A stretch of DNA of 64,000 nucleotides, taken from NCBI GenBank assembly GCA_963663385.2, contig CAXXXD010000001.1, forward strand, positions 160,001 through 224,000. Direction: 5' to 3'. The translations under genes and the position numbers were made by a program. Each line of letters opens with the position of its first letter. Position 1 is the stretch's first letter. Origin of the DNA: Oceanispirochaeta sp. GTDB taxonomy: Bacteria; Spirochaetota; Spirochaetia; DSM-2461. Shown here in pieces: positions 47,184-58,169 of this stretch. The notes beneath the pieces are model-generated. The model did not search any database. It saw nothing but the letters and a program-made list of their open reading frames with translations, and was not told where the DNA came from.

Positions 47184-47258
47184 TTTTATAAAAAGTCCCC
47201 CCATTTATATTGACAAAAAACATCTTATATATGATTATACGTCTCGTTCTTGAAAAAT

Positions 47259-47332
47259 GGTGAATGTAGTTCAGTTGGTAGAGCGCCAGATTGTGGTTCT
47301 GGTTGTCGCGGGTTCAAGTCCCGTCATTCACC
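47259..47332 (+). tRNA. tRNA-His(GTG), with G-1
   Basis: Cloverleaf, anticodon loop TTGTGGT, GTTCAAGT T-loop. Confidence 0.95.
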
Positions 47333-47340
47333 CTTTTGTT

Positions 47341-47414
<74 letters not shown>

Positions 47415-47424
47415 ATAAAAAAAC

Positions 47425-47497
47425 GGGCCGTTAGCTCAGCTGGCAGAGCAGCAGACTCTTAATCTGCGGGTCAAAGGTTCGATCCCTTTACGGCTCA
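47425..47497 (+). tRNA. tRNA-Lys(CTT)
   Basis: Cloverleaf, loop CTCTTAA. Confidence 0.95.
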
Positions 47498-47504
47498 TAT
47501 AACT

Positions 47505-47585
47505 GCGAGAGTGGTGGAATTGGTAGACACGCTAGTCTTAGGAACTAGTGCCTTCGGTGTAAGGGTTCGAGTCCCTTCTCTCGCA
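47505..47585 (+). tRNA. tRNA-Leu(TAG)
   Basis: Cloverleaf with variable arm, loop CTTAGGA. Confidence 0.95.
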
Positions 47586-47611
47586 TAGTGCTGAAGAGCG
47601 CTGAAAATCTT

Positions 47612-47683
47612 GCGAAAGTAGCTCAGTGGTAGAGCTCCACCTTGCCAAGGTGGATGTCGCGGGTTCAAGTCCCGTCTTTCGCT
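47612..47683 (+). tRNA. tRNA-Gly(GCC)
   Basis: Cloverleaf, loop TTGCCAA. Confidence 0.95.
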
Positions 47684-47758
47684 TAAAACTTAATTATCCG
47701 GTGCAAACCGGCAGGAAGCCGGGACTGAGTCGTCCCGTCTTTCGCTAAACGGAAGGTG

Positions 47759-47796
47759 AAAGGCGATCTGGGTGTTATCCGGGTCGTCTTTTTTTA
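47759..47796 (+). terminator. terminator of tRNA operon
   Basis: AGGCGATCTGG/CCGGGTCGTCT stem followed by a T run. Confidence 0.75.
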
Positions 47797-47830
47797 TATA
47801 CCGACAATAACCATAAAAGAGGACAAAGCT

Positions 47831-49174
47831 GTGATTACCAGTAAAAATGTCGAAAAGTTGGAAAATTCCTCTGTGAAACTTTCCATTACAGTTGGAAAAG
47901 AACACGCTGCCCAAGAGTACAAGGATCTTCTTAGCAAATACACCAAAGAAGTACAGATTAAAGGATTCAGAAAGGGGAAAGTACCCGCATCCGTTCTGGA
48001 ACGCAAATTCGGTGAAGGAATCCGAGAAGAAGCTGCAGCGAACCTGATGGATAAAGCTCTGAAAGTTGCCATCGAAGAAGTAGAAGAAAAACCTCTCGGA
48101 TACGATTACCCCGAAGTACAGGGTAAACCAGAACTGGATCCGGAAAATGATTTCTCTTTCGAACTGGTTTACGATATTTTCCCGGAAGTAAAGTTCGGAG
48201 AATACAAAGGTCTGGAAATTAACGAAAAACAGGTTAAGATCCTGAAAAAGCACGAGGCGGAAGAACTGGAAAAACTCCAGGAACAGAATTCTGTCGTAAT
48301 GGATAAAGCTGACGAAACGGTTGAAGAGAAAAATATCATTACCATCGATTACTGCGAAATGGATGGAGATGAAGAGATTGCCGACACCAAGCGGGAAGAT
48401 TTCGTATTTACCGTTGGAACCGGCTACAATCTTTACAAGATTGACAAACAGGTCGTCGGAATGAAAAAGGATGAAGAGAAGATCATCCGCAAACGGTACA
48501 AGGACGATTTTGAAAACAAGGACCTGGCCGGCCGCAGCATTTCTCTGAAAGTAAAGGTTAAAGCTGTAAAAGAAAAACAGATGCCCGAACTTGATGACGA
48601 ACTGGCTCAGGATGTCAACGAGAAATACGAAACTCTGGATGACCTGAAAAAAGACATCAAAAAGCAGCTTAAAGAAAGAGCCGATGAAAAAATCAAGGCA
48701 GAAAAAATCGAACAGCTTGTAGATAAACTGGTGGAAACCAGCGATATAACTCTCCCCGCTTCCATGATTAAGGCGGAACTGGAGAGCAACTGGAGAAACT
48801 TCCTGCAGCAGTCTCAGACCCAGGAAGAACAGATGCTCAGATTCCTCGAGATGCAGGGTCAGACAAAAGACCAGATGATGGAAAACTGGAAAGAAAATGC
48901 AGAAAAGAGCTTGAAAACTCAACTCATTTTCAACAAGATTATTGAAGACGAAAAGATCGAAGCCAGTGAAGAAGAAATGGATGAAGAGATCAAAAAACAG
49001 GCAGAAATGTATAACATGCCCGTGGAAGATCTAAAAAAATCATTTGGCGAAGCCGGTTTAAAAGAGTATCTTAGTAGTGATCTCAAACAGAAAAAACTGA
49101 TCGACTTTCTGCTTGAGAACGCAAAAGTATCCAAGGATGCTGAAAAGATCGATTACAGCGATCTGATTAAATAA
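47831..49174 (+). CDS. tig: trigger factor
   Basis: [10 protein letters not shown] signature; GTG start with GAGG; upstream of clpP. Confidence 0.95.
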   Translation: MITSKNVEKLENSSVKLSITVGKEHAAQEYKDLLSKYTKEVQIKGFRKGKVPASVLERKFGEGIREEAAANLMDKALKVAIEEVEEKPLGYDYPEVQGKPELDPENDFSFELVYDIFPEVKFGEYKGLEINEKQVKILKKHEAEELEKLQEQNSVVMDKADETVEEKNIITIDYCEMDGDEEIADTKREDFVFTVGTGYNLYKIDKQVVGMKKDEEKIIRKRYKDDFENKDLAGRSISLKVKVKAVKEKQMPELDDELAQDVNEKYETLDDLKKDIKKQLKERADEKIKAEKIEQLVDKLVETSDITLPASMIKAELESNWRNFLQQSQTQEEQMLRFLEMQGQTKDQMMENWKENAEKSLKTQLIFNKIIEDEKIEASEEEMDEEIKKQAEMYNMPVEDLKKSFGEAGLKEYLSSDLKQKKLIDFLLENAKVSKDAEKIDYSDLIK

Positions 49175-49196
49175 AGTAATAACGAGGTCTGCCGAT

Positions 49197-49790
49197 ATGG
49201 ACATTCAGAATAATACATTAGTACCGATGGTTGTTGAGCGCACAGGTGTGGGCGAGAGGTCATACGATATATACTCCAGGCTCCTGAAAGACAGGATCGT
49301 TTTTCTGGACGGAGAGATTCAGGATGTCACCGCAGATCTTGTTGTCGCCCAGCTCCTTTTCCTGGAGTCAGAGGATCCGGAGAAGGATATAAGCCTTTAC
49401 ATTAACAGCCCCGGCGGTTCCGTAACAGCCGGGCTGGCCATATACGATACCATGCAGCATGTCAAACCCGATGTTCAGACGATCTGTATGGGTCAGGCGG
49501 CTTCTATGGGAGCTGTTCTTCTGGCTGGCGGAGCAAAAGGGAAACGGTTCAGTCTTCCCTCTTCCCGCGTTATGATTCACCAGCCCTGGGGCGGTGTACA
49601 GGGGCAGGCCCGTGACATCGGTATTCAGGCAAGGGAGATCATCCGTCTGAAGAAGCTGCTGATAACCTACTTTGCACAGAATACGGGGAAACCGGAAGAA
49701 ACGATTGCAGCCGATATGGAAAGAGACTTTTTCATGTCGGCGGAAGAATCTGTAGAGTACGGGATTACCGACAGTATCCTGAAGAGGTAA
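49197..49790 (+). CDS. clpP: ATP-dependent Clp protease proteolytic subunit
   Basis: [31 protein letters not shown]. Confidence 0.98.
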   Translation: MDIQNNTLVPMVVERTGVGERSYDIYSRLLKDRIVFLDGEIQDVTADLVVAQLLFLESEDPEKDISLYINSPGGSVTAGLAIYDTMQHVKPDVQTICMGQAASMGAVLLAGGAKGKRFSLPSSRVMIHQPWGGVQGQARDIGIQAREIIRLKKLLITYFAQNTGKPEETIAADMERDFFMSAEESVEYGITDSILKR

Positions 49791-49796
49791 AAAAAT

Positions 49797-51092
49797 ATGG
49801 CACGATCAACAAAAACAAGTAAAGAACTAAAAGTCTGCTCCTTTTGCGGCAAACACTCTGATATTGCTAAAAAACTTATTGCCGGTCCCGGCGTTTACAT
49901 ATGTGACGAATGCGTTCAGGTCTGCAATAAAATCCTTTCGGAAGAAGAAGATAATATTTCCTCCGATTTTATCGATGACATTCCCACTCCCAAAGAGATA
50001 AAAGAGTACCTTGATCAATTTGTAATAGGACAGGAAGAGGCCAAAAAGACTCTCTCCGTGGGAGTTTACAATCACTATAAACGGATCATGTACAAGGACA
50101 GGGTTTCCAAAGATGTGGAGCTGGAAAAAACCAATGTACTTCTTATCGGTCCGACAGGAACCGGAAAAACTCTGCTGGCAAAAACTCTTGCCAAAAAACT
50201 GAAGGTACCCTTTGCCATTGCGGATGCAACAACTCTCACCGAAGCCGGTTATGTAGGGGAGGATGTGGAAAACATTCTTCTGAAACTCATACAGGCTGCG
50301 GGGAATAATATTGCCGCAGCAGAAAGAGGCATTATCTATATTGACGAAATTGATAAAATCGCCCGCAAAGGTGAAAATGTTTCCATAACAAGGGACGTCT
50401 CCGGAGAAGGGGTTCAGCAGGCCCTCCTCAAGATTATAGAGGGAACCCAGGCTTCCGTTCCCCCGCAGGGAGGAAGAAAGCACCCGAATCAGGAGATGCT
50501 GAAAATTGACACAACCAATATTCTGATTATCTGCGGCGGCGCCTTTGTCGGACTGGATAAGATAATTGAAAGCCGTGTTACCCAGCATCCCATGGGATTC
50601 GGATCAAATGTACAGCAGGCTCATGAAAAAGATCTGGGAGCCCTGTTTAACGAGATGCATCCAGACGATCTTGTCCGTTTCGGTTTGATCCCCGAGTTTA
50701 TCGGACGGCTCCCCATTCAGGTGAGTCTGAATAACCTGAGAAAAGAAGATCTGCAGAGGATTATAACCGAACCCAGGAATTCCGTCATCCGTCAGTTTCA
50801 GGAATCCATGAAACTGGATGAAGTGAACCTTGCTTTTGAAGAAGCTGCCATCGAAGCAATTGCGGAGAAGGCTCTGGAAAGAAAAACAGGAGCACGTGGT
50901 ATCCGGTCTATAGTAGAAGCGGCCATGATTGAAATCATGTTTGACCTGCCCTCCACCAAGGGACCTAAAAAAGTCATAGTTACCAGGGATGTAATAATCA
51001 ACGACACGCTTCCGGTTATCATAACCGACCCGGATAAACTGGAAGCTCCCTGGGAAAATGCGCTTTATGAAAATAAACAAATCACAGCTTAG
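49797..51092 (+). CDS. clpX: Clp protease ATP-binding subunit
   Basis: CSFCGK Zn finger, [26 protein letters not shown]. Confidence 0.98.
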   Translation: MARSTKTSKELKVCSFCGKHSDIAKKLIAGPGVYICDECVQVCNKILSEEEDNISSDFIDDIPTPKEIKEYLDQFVIGQEEAKKTLSVGVYNHYKRIMYKDRVSKDVELEKTNVLLIGPTGTGKTLLAKTLAKKLKVPFAIADATTLTEAGYVGEDVENILLKLIQAAGNNIAAAERGIIYIDEIDKIARKGENVSITRDVSGEGVQQALLKIIEGTQASVPPQGGRKHPNQEMLKIDTTNILIICGGAFVGLDKIIESRVTQHPMGFGSNVQQAHEKDLGALFNEMHPDDLVRFGLIPEFIGRLPIQVSLNNLRKEDLQRIITEPRNSVIRQFQESMKLDEVNLAFEEAAIEAIAEKALERKTGARGIRSIVEAAMIEIMFDLPSTKGPKKVIVTRDVIINDTLPVIITDPDKLEAPWENALYENKQITA

Positions 51093-53517
51093 AATAAAGA
51101 AACAGGAACTACCGGTCATAGTTCTCCCGGATACGGTAATTTTTCCTTATACGGTAGCTCCTTTTTTTTTAACTGACAGAATATCGACAGCAGCAGTAGA
51201 GCTGGCTATGAAGGGGAGACGGGATATTTTTCTGGCTTTCCAGAGAGAACCGGCCAATTCCACCCTGCAGAAGAAGCATCTCTATAACTACGGTACGGTA
51301 GCTCATATCCTTCAGGTTCTCAAGCTGCCCGACGGGAACTCGCGCATCCTTGTTGAGGGACGCTCCCGCGGGATTGTTCAGAAACTCAGCAGAAAGAATG
51401 AGATTCTGATGATCCAGTACAAGGCCCTTCCGGATAACCGGGAAGTGGGACGGGAAATGGCCGTTGCCATGGAGACCCTTCAGGAGAGCTTTCAGGAATA
51501 CGCCAAAAAAAACAAGAAGGTTACCCGGGAAATACGAAACCAGGTAGAACAGGCTCAAACACCGGAAAAACTCTGCGGAATTATCGCATCCCAGATACCC
51601 ATTTCCACAGAAGACAAGATTGCTCTTCTGGAACTGGACAACACCGGGGAAAAACTGAACAGACTGAATGAAGACATTCAGCTGGAGATCGAAAAACAGT
51701 CCCTTAAGCAGGATATTACCGGTCGTGTTCGCAAAAAGATGGAGAAAACCCAGAAAGAGTATTTTCTGAATGAACAGCTGAAAGAGATAAACAGGGAGCT
51801 GGGAACCGATAAAGAGGATCCCACCGGCGCTGCCGAACTGGAAGCCCTGATTAATGAGAAGGATTTCCCGGAGGAAGTAAAGGCCAGAGCTCTTAAAGAG
51901 GTAAAAAGGCTTTCACGCCTTCAACCCATGTCGCCCGAGTCCGGTGTTCTCCGCACCTACCTGGAATGGCTGACGGAACTCCCCTGGACAGAAGAATCAA
52001 ACGATAGAATGAACCTGTCCCGTGCAGCCGAAATACTGAATGAAGACCATTACGATCTAAAAAAAGCGAAAGACCGCATACTAGACTATATAGCCGTACG
52101 ACAGGTACGGGATAAGCTCAAAGGACCTATTCTCTGTTTTGCAGGCCCTCCCGGAACAGGAAAAACTTCACTGGGACGTTCTGTAGCCAGAGCCCTGAAC
52201 CGAGAGTTTGTCCGCATTTCACTGGGCGGGGTACGGGATGAAGCAGAAATCCGGGGCCACCGAAAAACCTATGTGGGTGCTCTTCCCGGTAAAATTATCC
52301 AGTCAATCAAGAAAGCCGGATCCTGCAACCCGGTTTTTCTTCTGGATGAAATTGACAAAATGAGCAGTGACTTCCGGGGAGATCCCGGGGCAGCTCTTCT
52401 GGAGGTTCTGGATCCCGAACAGAACGGAACTTTTACCGACCACTACCTGGAGTTATCCTACGATCTCTCCCGGGTTATGTTTATTACGACGGCAAACTCG
52501 GTTCACAATATCCCCCGGCCGCTGCTGGACAGGATGGAAATAATCGAAATACCGGGATACACTGAGATTGAAAAAACCCGGATAGCCCGCGGATTCATCA
52601 TCCCGAAACAGCTGAAAGAAAACGGAATGGACGAAAGCCGGATAGAACTGCTGGACGAGGCGATAGTTGCGGTTATCCGTAACTACACCAGAGAATCGGG
52701 CGTCCGGAACCTGGAAAGGGAAATTGGACAGCTTATCCGTAAAATCGCAAGGGAAGCCATCGAGAACCACCAGAACAGATCGGGCCGGGAAAATATACAT
52801 ACTGCCCGTCTGCATAAATATCAGGATATATATGGAACGATTCCCGAAAAGGAACCGGAACTTCCTGACTTCACAACCCTGAAGGTTCTGGTAAACGAGG
52901 ACGATGTTCTCCGCTACCTTGGAAAACCACCCTTTCAGGATGAGGACAGCGACCAGCGGGACCGCCCCGGTCTGGCCACAGGAATGGCATGGACAGAGGT
53001 GGGAGGACGGATTCTGCCCGTGGAGGTATCTCTCCTCCAGGGCGAGGGAAAACTTATCCTGACAGGAAAACTGGGAGATGTCATGAAGGAGAGCGCCCAG
53101 ATTGCCCTCTCCTATATCAGGGCGAACAGCAAGGAACTGGGGATTCCTGCGGATTTCCAGAAAGAACACGATATTCACATTCATGTGCCGGAAGGGGCAA
53201 TTCCCAAGGATGGACCTTCCGCCGGTATTACCATGACAGCAGCACTGGTTTCTGCGCTGAAGAAGACATCTCTTATTGAGAAACTCGCCATGACAGGAGA
53301 GATTACCTTGACTGACCGTCTTCTTCCCATTGGCGGTGTAAAAGAAAAGGTTCTGGCAGCCCATAGAAACGGGTACCGAACCATACTCCTCCCCGAGAGG
53401 AACAGAAAAGACAAGGAAGACCTGCCCCTTGAGATTCAGGAGGACCTGAACTTCATATTCAGCAGTTCAGTAAAAACGGCATTGGAAAGTATTTTTCCGG
53501 AAGAGACATTTTCCTGA
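51058..53517 (+). CDS. lon: Lon protease (start could be 51067)
   Basis: [35 protein letters not shown]; canonical position after clpX. Confidence 0.97.
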   Translation: MRFMKINKSQLRIKKQELPVIVLPDTVIFPYTVAPFFLTDRISTAAVELAMKGRRDIFLAFQREPANSTLQKKHLYNYGTVAHILQVLKLPDGNSRILVEGRSRGIVQKLSRKNEILMIQYKALPDNREVGREMAVAMETLQESFQEYAKKNKKVTREIRNQVEQAQTPEKLCGIIASQIPISTEDKIALLELDNTGEKLNRLNEDIQLEIEKQSLKQDITGRVRKKMEKTQKEYFLNEQLKEINRELGTDKEDPTGAAELEALINEKDFPEEVKARALKEVKRLSRLQPMSPESGVLRTYLEWLTELPWTEESNDRMNLSRAAEILNEDHYDLKKAKDRILDYIAVRQVRDKLKGPILCFAGPPGTGKTSLGRSVARALNREFVRISLGGVRDEAEIRGHRKTYVGALPGKIIQSIKKAGSCNPVFLLDEIDKMSSDFRGDPGAALLEVLDPEQNGTFTDHYLELSYDLSRVMFITTANSVHNIPRPLLDRMEIIEIPGYTEIEKTRIARGFIIPKQLKENGMDESRIELLDEAIVAVIRNYTRESGVRNLEREIGQLIRKIAREAIENHQNRSGRENIHTARLHKYQDIYGTIPEKEPELPDFTTLKVLVNEDDVLRYLGKPPFQDEDSDQRDRPGLATGMAWTEVGGRILPVEVSLLQGEGKLILTGKLGDVMKESAQIALSYIRANSKELGIPADFQKEHDIHIHVPEGAIPKDGPSAGITMTAALVSALKKTSLIEKLAMTGEITLTDRLLPIGGVKEKVLAAHRNGYRTILLPERNRKDKEDLPLEIQEDLNFIFSSSVKTALESIFPEETFS

Positions 53518-53630
53518 AAATGGACTTGGATCCCATTTAAAATGGTGAGAAAAAAAAACTTCATTGCCATAACCATATTTTTCTATTATAAATGGAATAG
53601 AGTACTATGAAACCCAGGAGGCCTGTGTCC

Positions 53631-54032
53631 ATGAATAAAAGAGCAACGTTGATAATGGTTCTTTTTATGATATTATGCGGAACCTTTCTATATGCGGAAG
53701 TAACAACATCGGAATACTATCCCAAAACAATGGCGATCAACAGAGTGTACCCCCATACAATGGGATACCGCGTGGATTACATAAAATCCGACCGGACAAT
53801 CGGAACGTTTTATGCTCCTACCGAGTGGTTTAAAAAAGCTGCGGGATACGGAGAAATTGTATACGGCTTCGGCGCCCAGTACCCCTATGCGACCTTCTAC
53901 TATAAGGATGGCAAGATTGATCATTTCAGACTCTATCTGGTTTCTGACTTCAATGATATGAGCTGGGGTGTTCTAAGAGGTGATGATTACGAAAGTAAAT
54001 TCGATGTCAGCGAACTGGTAATAGAATACTGA
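53631..54032 (+). CDS. exported hypothetical protein
   Basis: AGGAGG RBS, signal peptide. Confidence 0.75.
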   Translation: MNKRATLIMVLFMILCGTFLYAEVTTSEYYPKTMAINRVYPHTMGYRVDYIKSDRTIGTFYAPTEWFKKAAGYGEIVYGFGAQYPYATFYYKDGKIDHFRLYLVSDFNDMSWGVLRGDDYESKFDVSELVIEY

Positions 54033-54068
54033 TTCTGATTTCAGATCTTGAGGTATACACATAATCCC

Positions 54069-55040
54069 ATGAGATTCTCGGAAGTCCCCTCCTCTTTGAT
54101 GGAGGGGTTATCTTTGTATGAAACATATATTCTTGTCGGTCATGAGCAGCCAGATGCGGACTGTCTCTGTTCACAGATCGGTCTGGCCTCTCTGCTCAAA
54201 AAAATGGGCAAGCAGGTTCATCTGCTGGCAGCCAAACCCTTTGACCGGCCGGAAACCCTCAGTCTTGAACATCTCTTTGAATCCGACTGGAGTGCCTTGC
54301 ATCCCGATAAAAAAACCCTTCTGGTTCTGCTGGACCTGTCGGATATAAACCGGACCGGTTTGCCCGCAGAGGAATTGAAGAAACTCCCTCTTATGGTAAT
54401 TGACCATCACGCTTCGGGCAGGGAGGAAGGCACGTACCGCTATGTGGATCCTCAAAGCCCCTCCACAACCCTACTTGTTCAGAAAATATGGAGAGAGTCG
54501 GGAATGGCTCCTGACAGCGCAACCTGTGAAGCTCTCTTCTTCGGCTTTGCCACAGACACGGGATTTTTCCGCCATCTGGAGGATGGAACGGAAGAAGTCT
54601 TTCTGGCTGTGGCCGATCTGATTAAGGGCGGAGCCTCTCCCAACAGAACATTCAGACAGATATCCGCCGGACGAACTCTGGGAACGCGCCGTTTAATGGG
54701 CCGTATAATGGAAAGATGCCGCTTCTACTGCGGTGATAAGATCCTTATATCCTGGGAAGATCCCAAAGACAGGGAAGAACTGGGTACTGGAGAAAGGGAT
54801 TCGGATAAGCTCTATCAGATGCTGCAGAGCATTGAAGGGTGTGAAGCGGTGGCTCTCCTCAGAATGGAGCGTGAAAACAAGTGCATTGTAGGCCTACGGT
54901 CCAATAACCATATAGATGTCGGCCGGATTGCCTCGGCCCTGGGGGGAGGCGGTCATAAAAAAGCGGCCGGAGGCGCCGTGGAAGGAACCCTGGAAGAGGT
55001 TAAAAAGCGGGTTCTTGCTCTTTTTGAAGAACAGTTGTAA
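54069..55040 (+). CDS. nrnA: DHH/DHHA1 phosphoesterase (NrnA-like oligoribonuclease/PAP phosphatase)
   Basis: HEQPDAD, IDHH, TDTGFF, GGGGH..AAG. Confidence 0.9.
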   Translation: MRFSEVPSSLMEGLSLYETYILVGHEQPDADCLCSQIGLASLLKKMGKQVHLLAAKPFDRPETLSLEHLFESDWSALHPDKKTLLVLLDLSDINRTGLPAEELKKLPLMVIDHHASGREEGTYRYVDPQSPSTTLLVQKIWRESGMAPDSATCEALFFGFATDTGFFRHLEDGTEEVFLAVADLIKGGASPNRTFRQISAGRTLGTRRLMGRIMERCRFYCGDKILISWEDPKDREELGTGERDSDKLYQMLQSIEGCEAVALLRMERENKCIVGLRSNNHIDVGRIASALGGGGHKKAAGGAVEGTLEEVKKRVLALFEEQL

Positions 55041-55138
55041 CAGGTCCGAATGCTATATTTAAATAGTATGAGTTTGAATAGGAATCAACAGCACGCCTTG
55101 ACCTGTTACGGAGATATAGAGATTACCAGATAAATTTT

Positions 55139-56266
55139 ATGAATATATATATGAATTTCCTGTTTTCAGGAATTGTACTTAGTCTGATCTTAGCGGTTTT
55201 TTTCTTCATCAGACGGAAATTCAATTCCGGAAATATATATTTTTCTTTATACCTTCTATGCTATTCTTTAATCCTGCTTTTAAGTATGGCTTCTGTATCT
55301 GGAATTAGCATTAATACGAATCTTGTTTTATTTTTTTCCAATATTACAAGCATGCTGATTATCCTCTCGGGCAGCGCCCTGTTCGGGTATATCAATATTC
55401 AATTCTACTCAGAAAATCCCGAAACCGTTACGACCGGTCTCTATTTCCTCCCCGGAGCGGCTGTTCTGCTGTATGCTTTGATCCTCTACTCCCTGGGCAC
55501 TTTAATACCCGGATTCAACTGTATCCGATATTATCCTGTTTCCTATCTGATATTTATTTTCAGTTATATGTACATGATACTTATGATCAGTAAAGCATAT
55601 ATGTGCTGGCGGTCGCGGAAACAGGAACTGAAAGAGATTTTTTCCAACACTGAGAGAAAGAAAAACGAGTGGTTTGGCGTAATTCTCTATGGCAGTTTCA
55701 TTTTATCCAGCATAGATATTGTTTCCAGAATAATTGAATTTTTTCATGGATCCTTTCAGCATGATTATCAGATCATCGATTTTATAGAAATTGTTTTTAT
55801 CATAGTTATCAGTTACTTTATTCTGCTGCAACCTCAGATATTCCAGGATCCCGTCAGAACCGGGCCGGAGAAGCAGGAGAAATATGGCAGGACCAAACTG
55901 TCACAGTTTGAATTAAACGCCAGTAGAAAAGAACTGGATTTCTTTATGACACAGGAAAAAGCCTACCTCAGGGACCTTTCACTTTCAAAACTGGCCGATG
56001 AAATGGGATGGAGTATCCACAGACTCTCACAGGTTATCAATTCCGATAATGAAAATTTCTATTTCTACGTTAACCGCTTCCGGGTAGAGGAAGTTATTCG
56101 CTTATTCCAGGAAGATAAAGAACAATCCCTCACCCTGCTTGATATAGCACTAAAAGCTGGATTCCAGTCAAAGAGTGTTTTTAATCTTTTTTTTAAAAAA
56201 GTAACCGGAGTCACACCTTCCCAGTACAGGCAGAAAACGATAAAAGAAGAGAAAATCGACAATTAA
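55139..56266 (+). CDS. multi-TM membrane-anchored AraC-family regulator
   Basis: About seven hydrophobic segments, then LSQVIN, FY.YVN.FRVEE, IALKAGFQSKS.FN..FKK.TG.TPSQYR. Confidence 0.9.
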   Translation: MNIYMNFLFSGIVLSLILAVFFFIRRKFNSGNIYFSLYLLCYSLILLLSMASVSGISINTNLVLFFSNITSMLIILSGSALFGYINIQFYSENPETVTTGLYFLPGAAVLLYALILYSLGTLIPGFNCIRYYPVSYLIFIFSYMYMILMISKAYMCWRSRKQELKEIFSNTERKKNEWFGVILYGSFILSSIDIVSRIIEFFHGSFQHDYQIIDFIEIVFIIVISYFILLQPQIFQDPVRTGPEKQEKYGRTKLSQFELNASRKELDFFMTQEKAYLRDLSLSKLADEMGWSIHRLSQVINSDNENFYFYVNRFRVEEVIRLFQEDKEQSLTLLDIALKAGFQSKSVFNLFFKKVTGVTPSQYRQKTIKEEKIDN

Positions 56267-56363
56267 TCAAAAATATTTGTCTTGATCTATCAACACAGAC
56301 GATTTAAACCCTACTAATACATACTATTTGGACAAATTCTTAACAAAAAACTTGGAGAAGAAG

Positions 56364-57500
56364 ATGTTCAATATTACTGGGAGACAAATAGCTCTCCTTA
56401 TCGCGACTCGTTTAATCCCGGCCGGATTGCTATTAACCACACTGACCGGTTGCCGGATATTTGGAATTGAGGATGATTATTCCTCAGCGGTAAAAAGCCG
56501 GCTGGATTCATTGCATATTTCGCAGGCGTCAATAGCGCTGTTTTCTGAAAATGGTGTTCTTGACACCCTAAACTACGGAGGGTCTGAGGATACGACTCAA
56601 TTCCAGTTGGCGTCTATTGGGAAGATACTGACCGGCACAGCGGTCCTACAGCTGGTTGAAACAGATAGGATCGACCTCTACGCAGATATAAATCAGTACC
56701 TGCCTTTTTCGGTTAGAACAGCCGGGCATCCAGATGATCCGATAACTATGCATATGCTTCTTACCCATACATCCGGAATAAAGGATAATTGGGATATTAT
56801 TGACAAGGAATTTACTTCCTATGATACGGATAGCGACCCGCTGCCGAATCTTCTGAAAACCTGTCGGGAATACCTGTCCGAAGACGGCTTATGGTATGAC
56901 AGGGAAAAAAACTTCAACTCATCCTCCCCGGGGAGCCAATTCGAATATTCCAATATGGCCGCCAGCCTTGCCGGCCTGATAGTCCAGGAAGTAACCGGTA
57001 TTGATTTTGAACAGTACTGCAGAGAGAATATTCTCAATCCTCTGGAAATAGGAGGAGGCTGGAATCTTCACCCAAAAGATAATGATTCGATTTCCCACCC
57101 CACAGATTATTCAGGCAAAGAAGTTAAAACCCAATCAGGGTCCCTGACACCAGCCGGATTCTACACCTGTTCCGCTTCGGATTATGCCAGATTTATGTCG
57201 GTCTTTATCAACGGGGGGACTTATGAACAGGTATCTATTCTATCAGAAGATTCTGTCGCCCTTATGACAGAACGGCAGTTCGAGAATCATGCCTATATCT
57301 GGCATTTCACCGGTTATACCTACAACGGAAAGAAACTTCTCTTTCATAATGGGGGGTTCGATGGCATCCGCACCGGCGTTTTTATTTCATCCGACTCAAA
57401 AACAGGATTTGTTATTCTCTGCAGTGGAGAGTATGACGCACCCTTCGCTTTATACGAACTGATTCAAATGACTCTGGATTACGGGAGGTCTCTGAAATGA
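56364..57500 (+). CDS. serine hydrolase (beta-lactamase/class C family) lipoprotein
   Basis: Lipobox LTGC; ASIGK (SxxK), LLTHTSG, YSN, HNGG. Confidence 0.9.
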   Translation: MFNITGRQIALLIATRLIPAGLLLTTLTGCRIFGIEDDYSSAVKSRLDSLHISQASIALFSENGVLDTLNYGGSEDTTQFQLASIGKILTGTAVLQLVETDRIDLYADINQYLPFSVRTAGHPDDPITMHMLLTHTSGIKDNWDIIDKEFTSYDTDSDPLPNLLKTCREYLSEDGLWYDREKNFNSSSPGSQFEYSNMAASLAGLIVQEVTGIDFEQYCRENILNPLEIGGGWNLHPKDNDSISHPTDYSGKEVKTQSGSLTPAGFYTCSASDYARFMSVFINGGTYEQVSILSEDSVALMTERQFENHAYIWHFTGYTYNGKKLLFHNGGFDGIRTGVFISSDSKTGFVILCSGEYDAPFALYELIQMTLDYGRSLK

Positions 57501-58060
57501 CTAAAAACTTTTTAATCGTATTCTTTATATTGAATATTTTAACTATATCAGCTGCCGAATCAGCTGAGAAATTTACAGCAGCCCTTGGTATCGGGGTGTC
57601 TTACTATACAGATATGGAAAGTGTTCTGACTCTTCACGAGGGATTGAGCGGACAAATGACCTATAATACTTATACAACCGGAATAACTGAGAACATTTCA
57701 TTCCAGATGTTGACTGGTTTAAAAACCGGAATACTATGGGAAGGAGCGACAAGTATGGACCACCTCTTCCAACCACAAAGCTTCCCGGTTTTTATACCCC
57801 TGGAACCCGGAATTAAACTCAATTGTCACTTAGGAGAGAACTGGAACATCAGCCTGAATTCCTTTTTTGGTCCCTATTTCTACTATTTTAATAATTATTA
57901 CCTGGAAACCCTTTTAAACCTCGAAATCGGCATGGAGATATCCTGGTTCTGTTTTAATGATTCGGGATTCTCTCTGCTTTTTAATCATAATCTGATTAAG
58001 GCAGATGAGAATAATTTCAGTGGATTCGGCTGTAATCTTTTATACATATGGCAGTTTTAA
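57497..58060 (+). CDS. exported hypothetical protein, probable small beta-barrel
   Basis: Signal peptide; C-terminal YIWQF aromatic terminus. Confidence 0.6.
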   Translation: MTKNFLIVFFILNILTISAAESAEKFTAALGIGVSYYTDMESVLTLHEGLSGQMTYNTYTTGITENISFQMLTGLKTGILWEGATSMDHLFQPQSFPVFIPLEPGIKLNCHLGENWNISLNSFFGPYFYYFNNYYLETLLNLEIGMEISWFCFNDSGFSLLFNHNLIKADENNFSGFGCNLLYIWQF

Positions 58061-58113
58061 GTCAGGCTCCTTTGCACTTACAGGACTATCTTAGATTGAA
58101 ATCCCCGAACCTA

Positions 58114-58164
58114 TTGACCTGGGTGTTTATTATTGTTATTTTTGTTTACGAACGGTCGTTAACA
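58114..58164 (+). promoter_or_regulatory. promoter TTGACC-N17-TATTTT (TG extension) with TetR-like operator TGTTTACGAACGGTCGTTAACA
   Basis: 22-bp imperfect palindrome at 58143-58164. Confidence 0.6.
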
Positions 58165-58169
58165 TTTTT

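Noticed and set aside
47690..48922. 410-aa Phe-rich minus-strand ORF
   Set aside because: Shadow of Lys/Glu-rich trigger factor.
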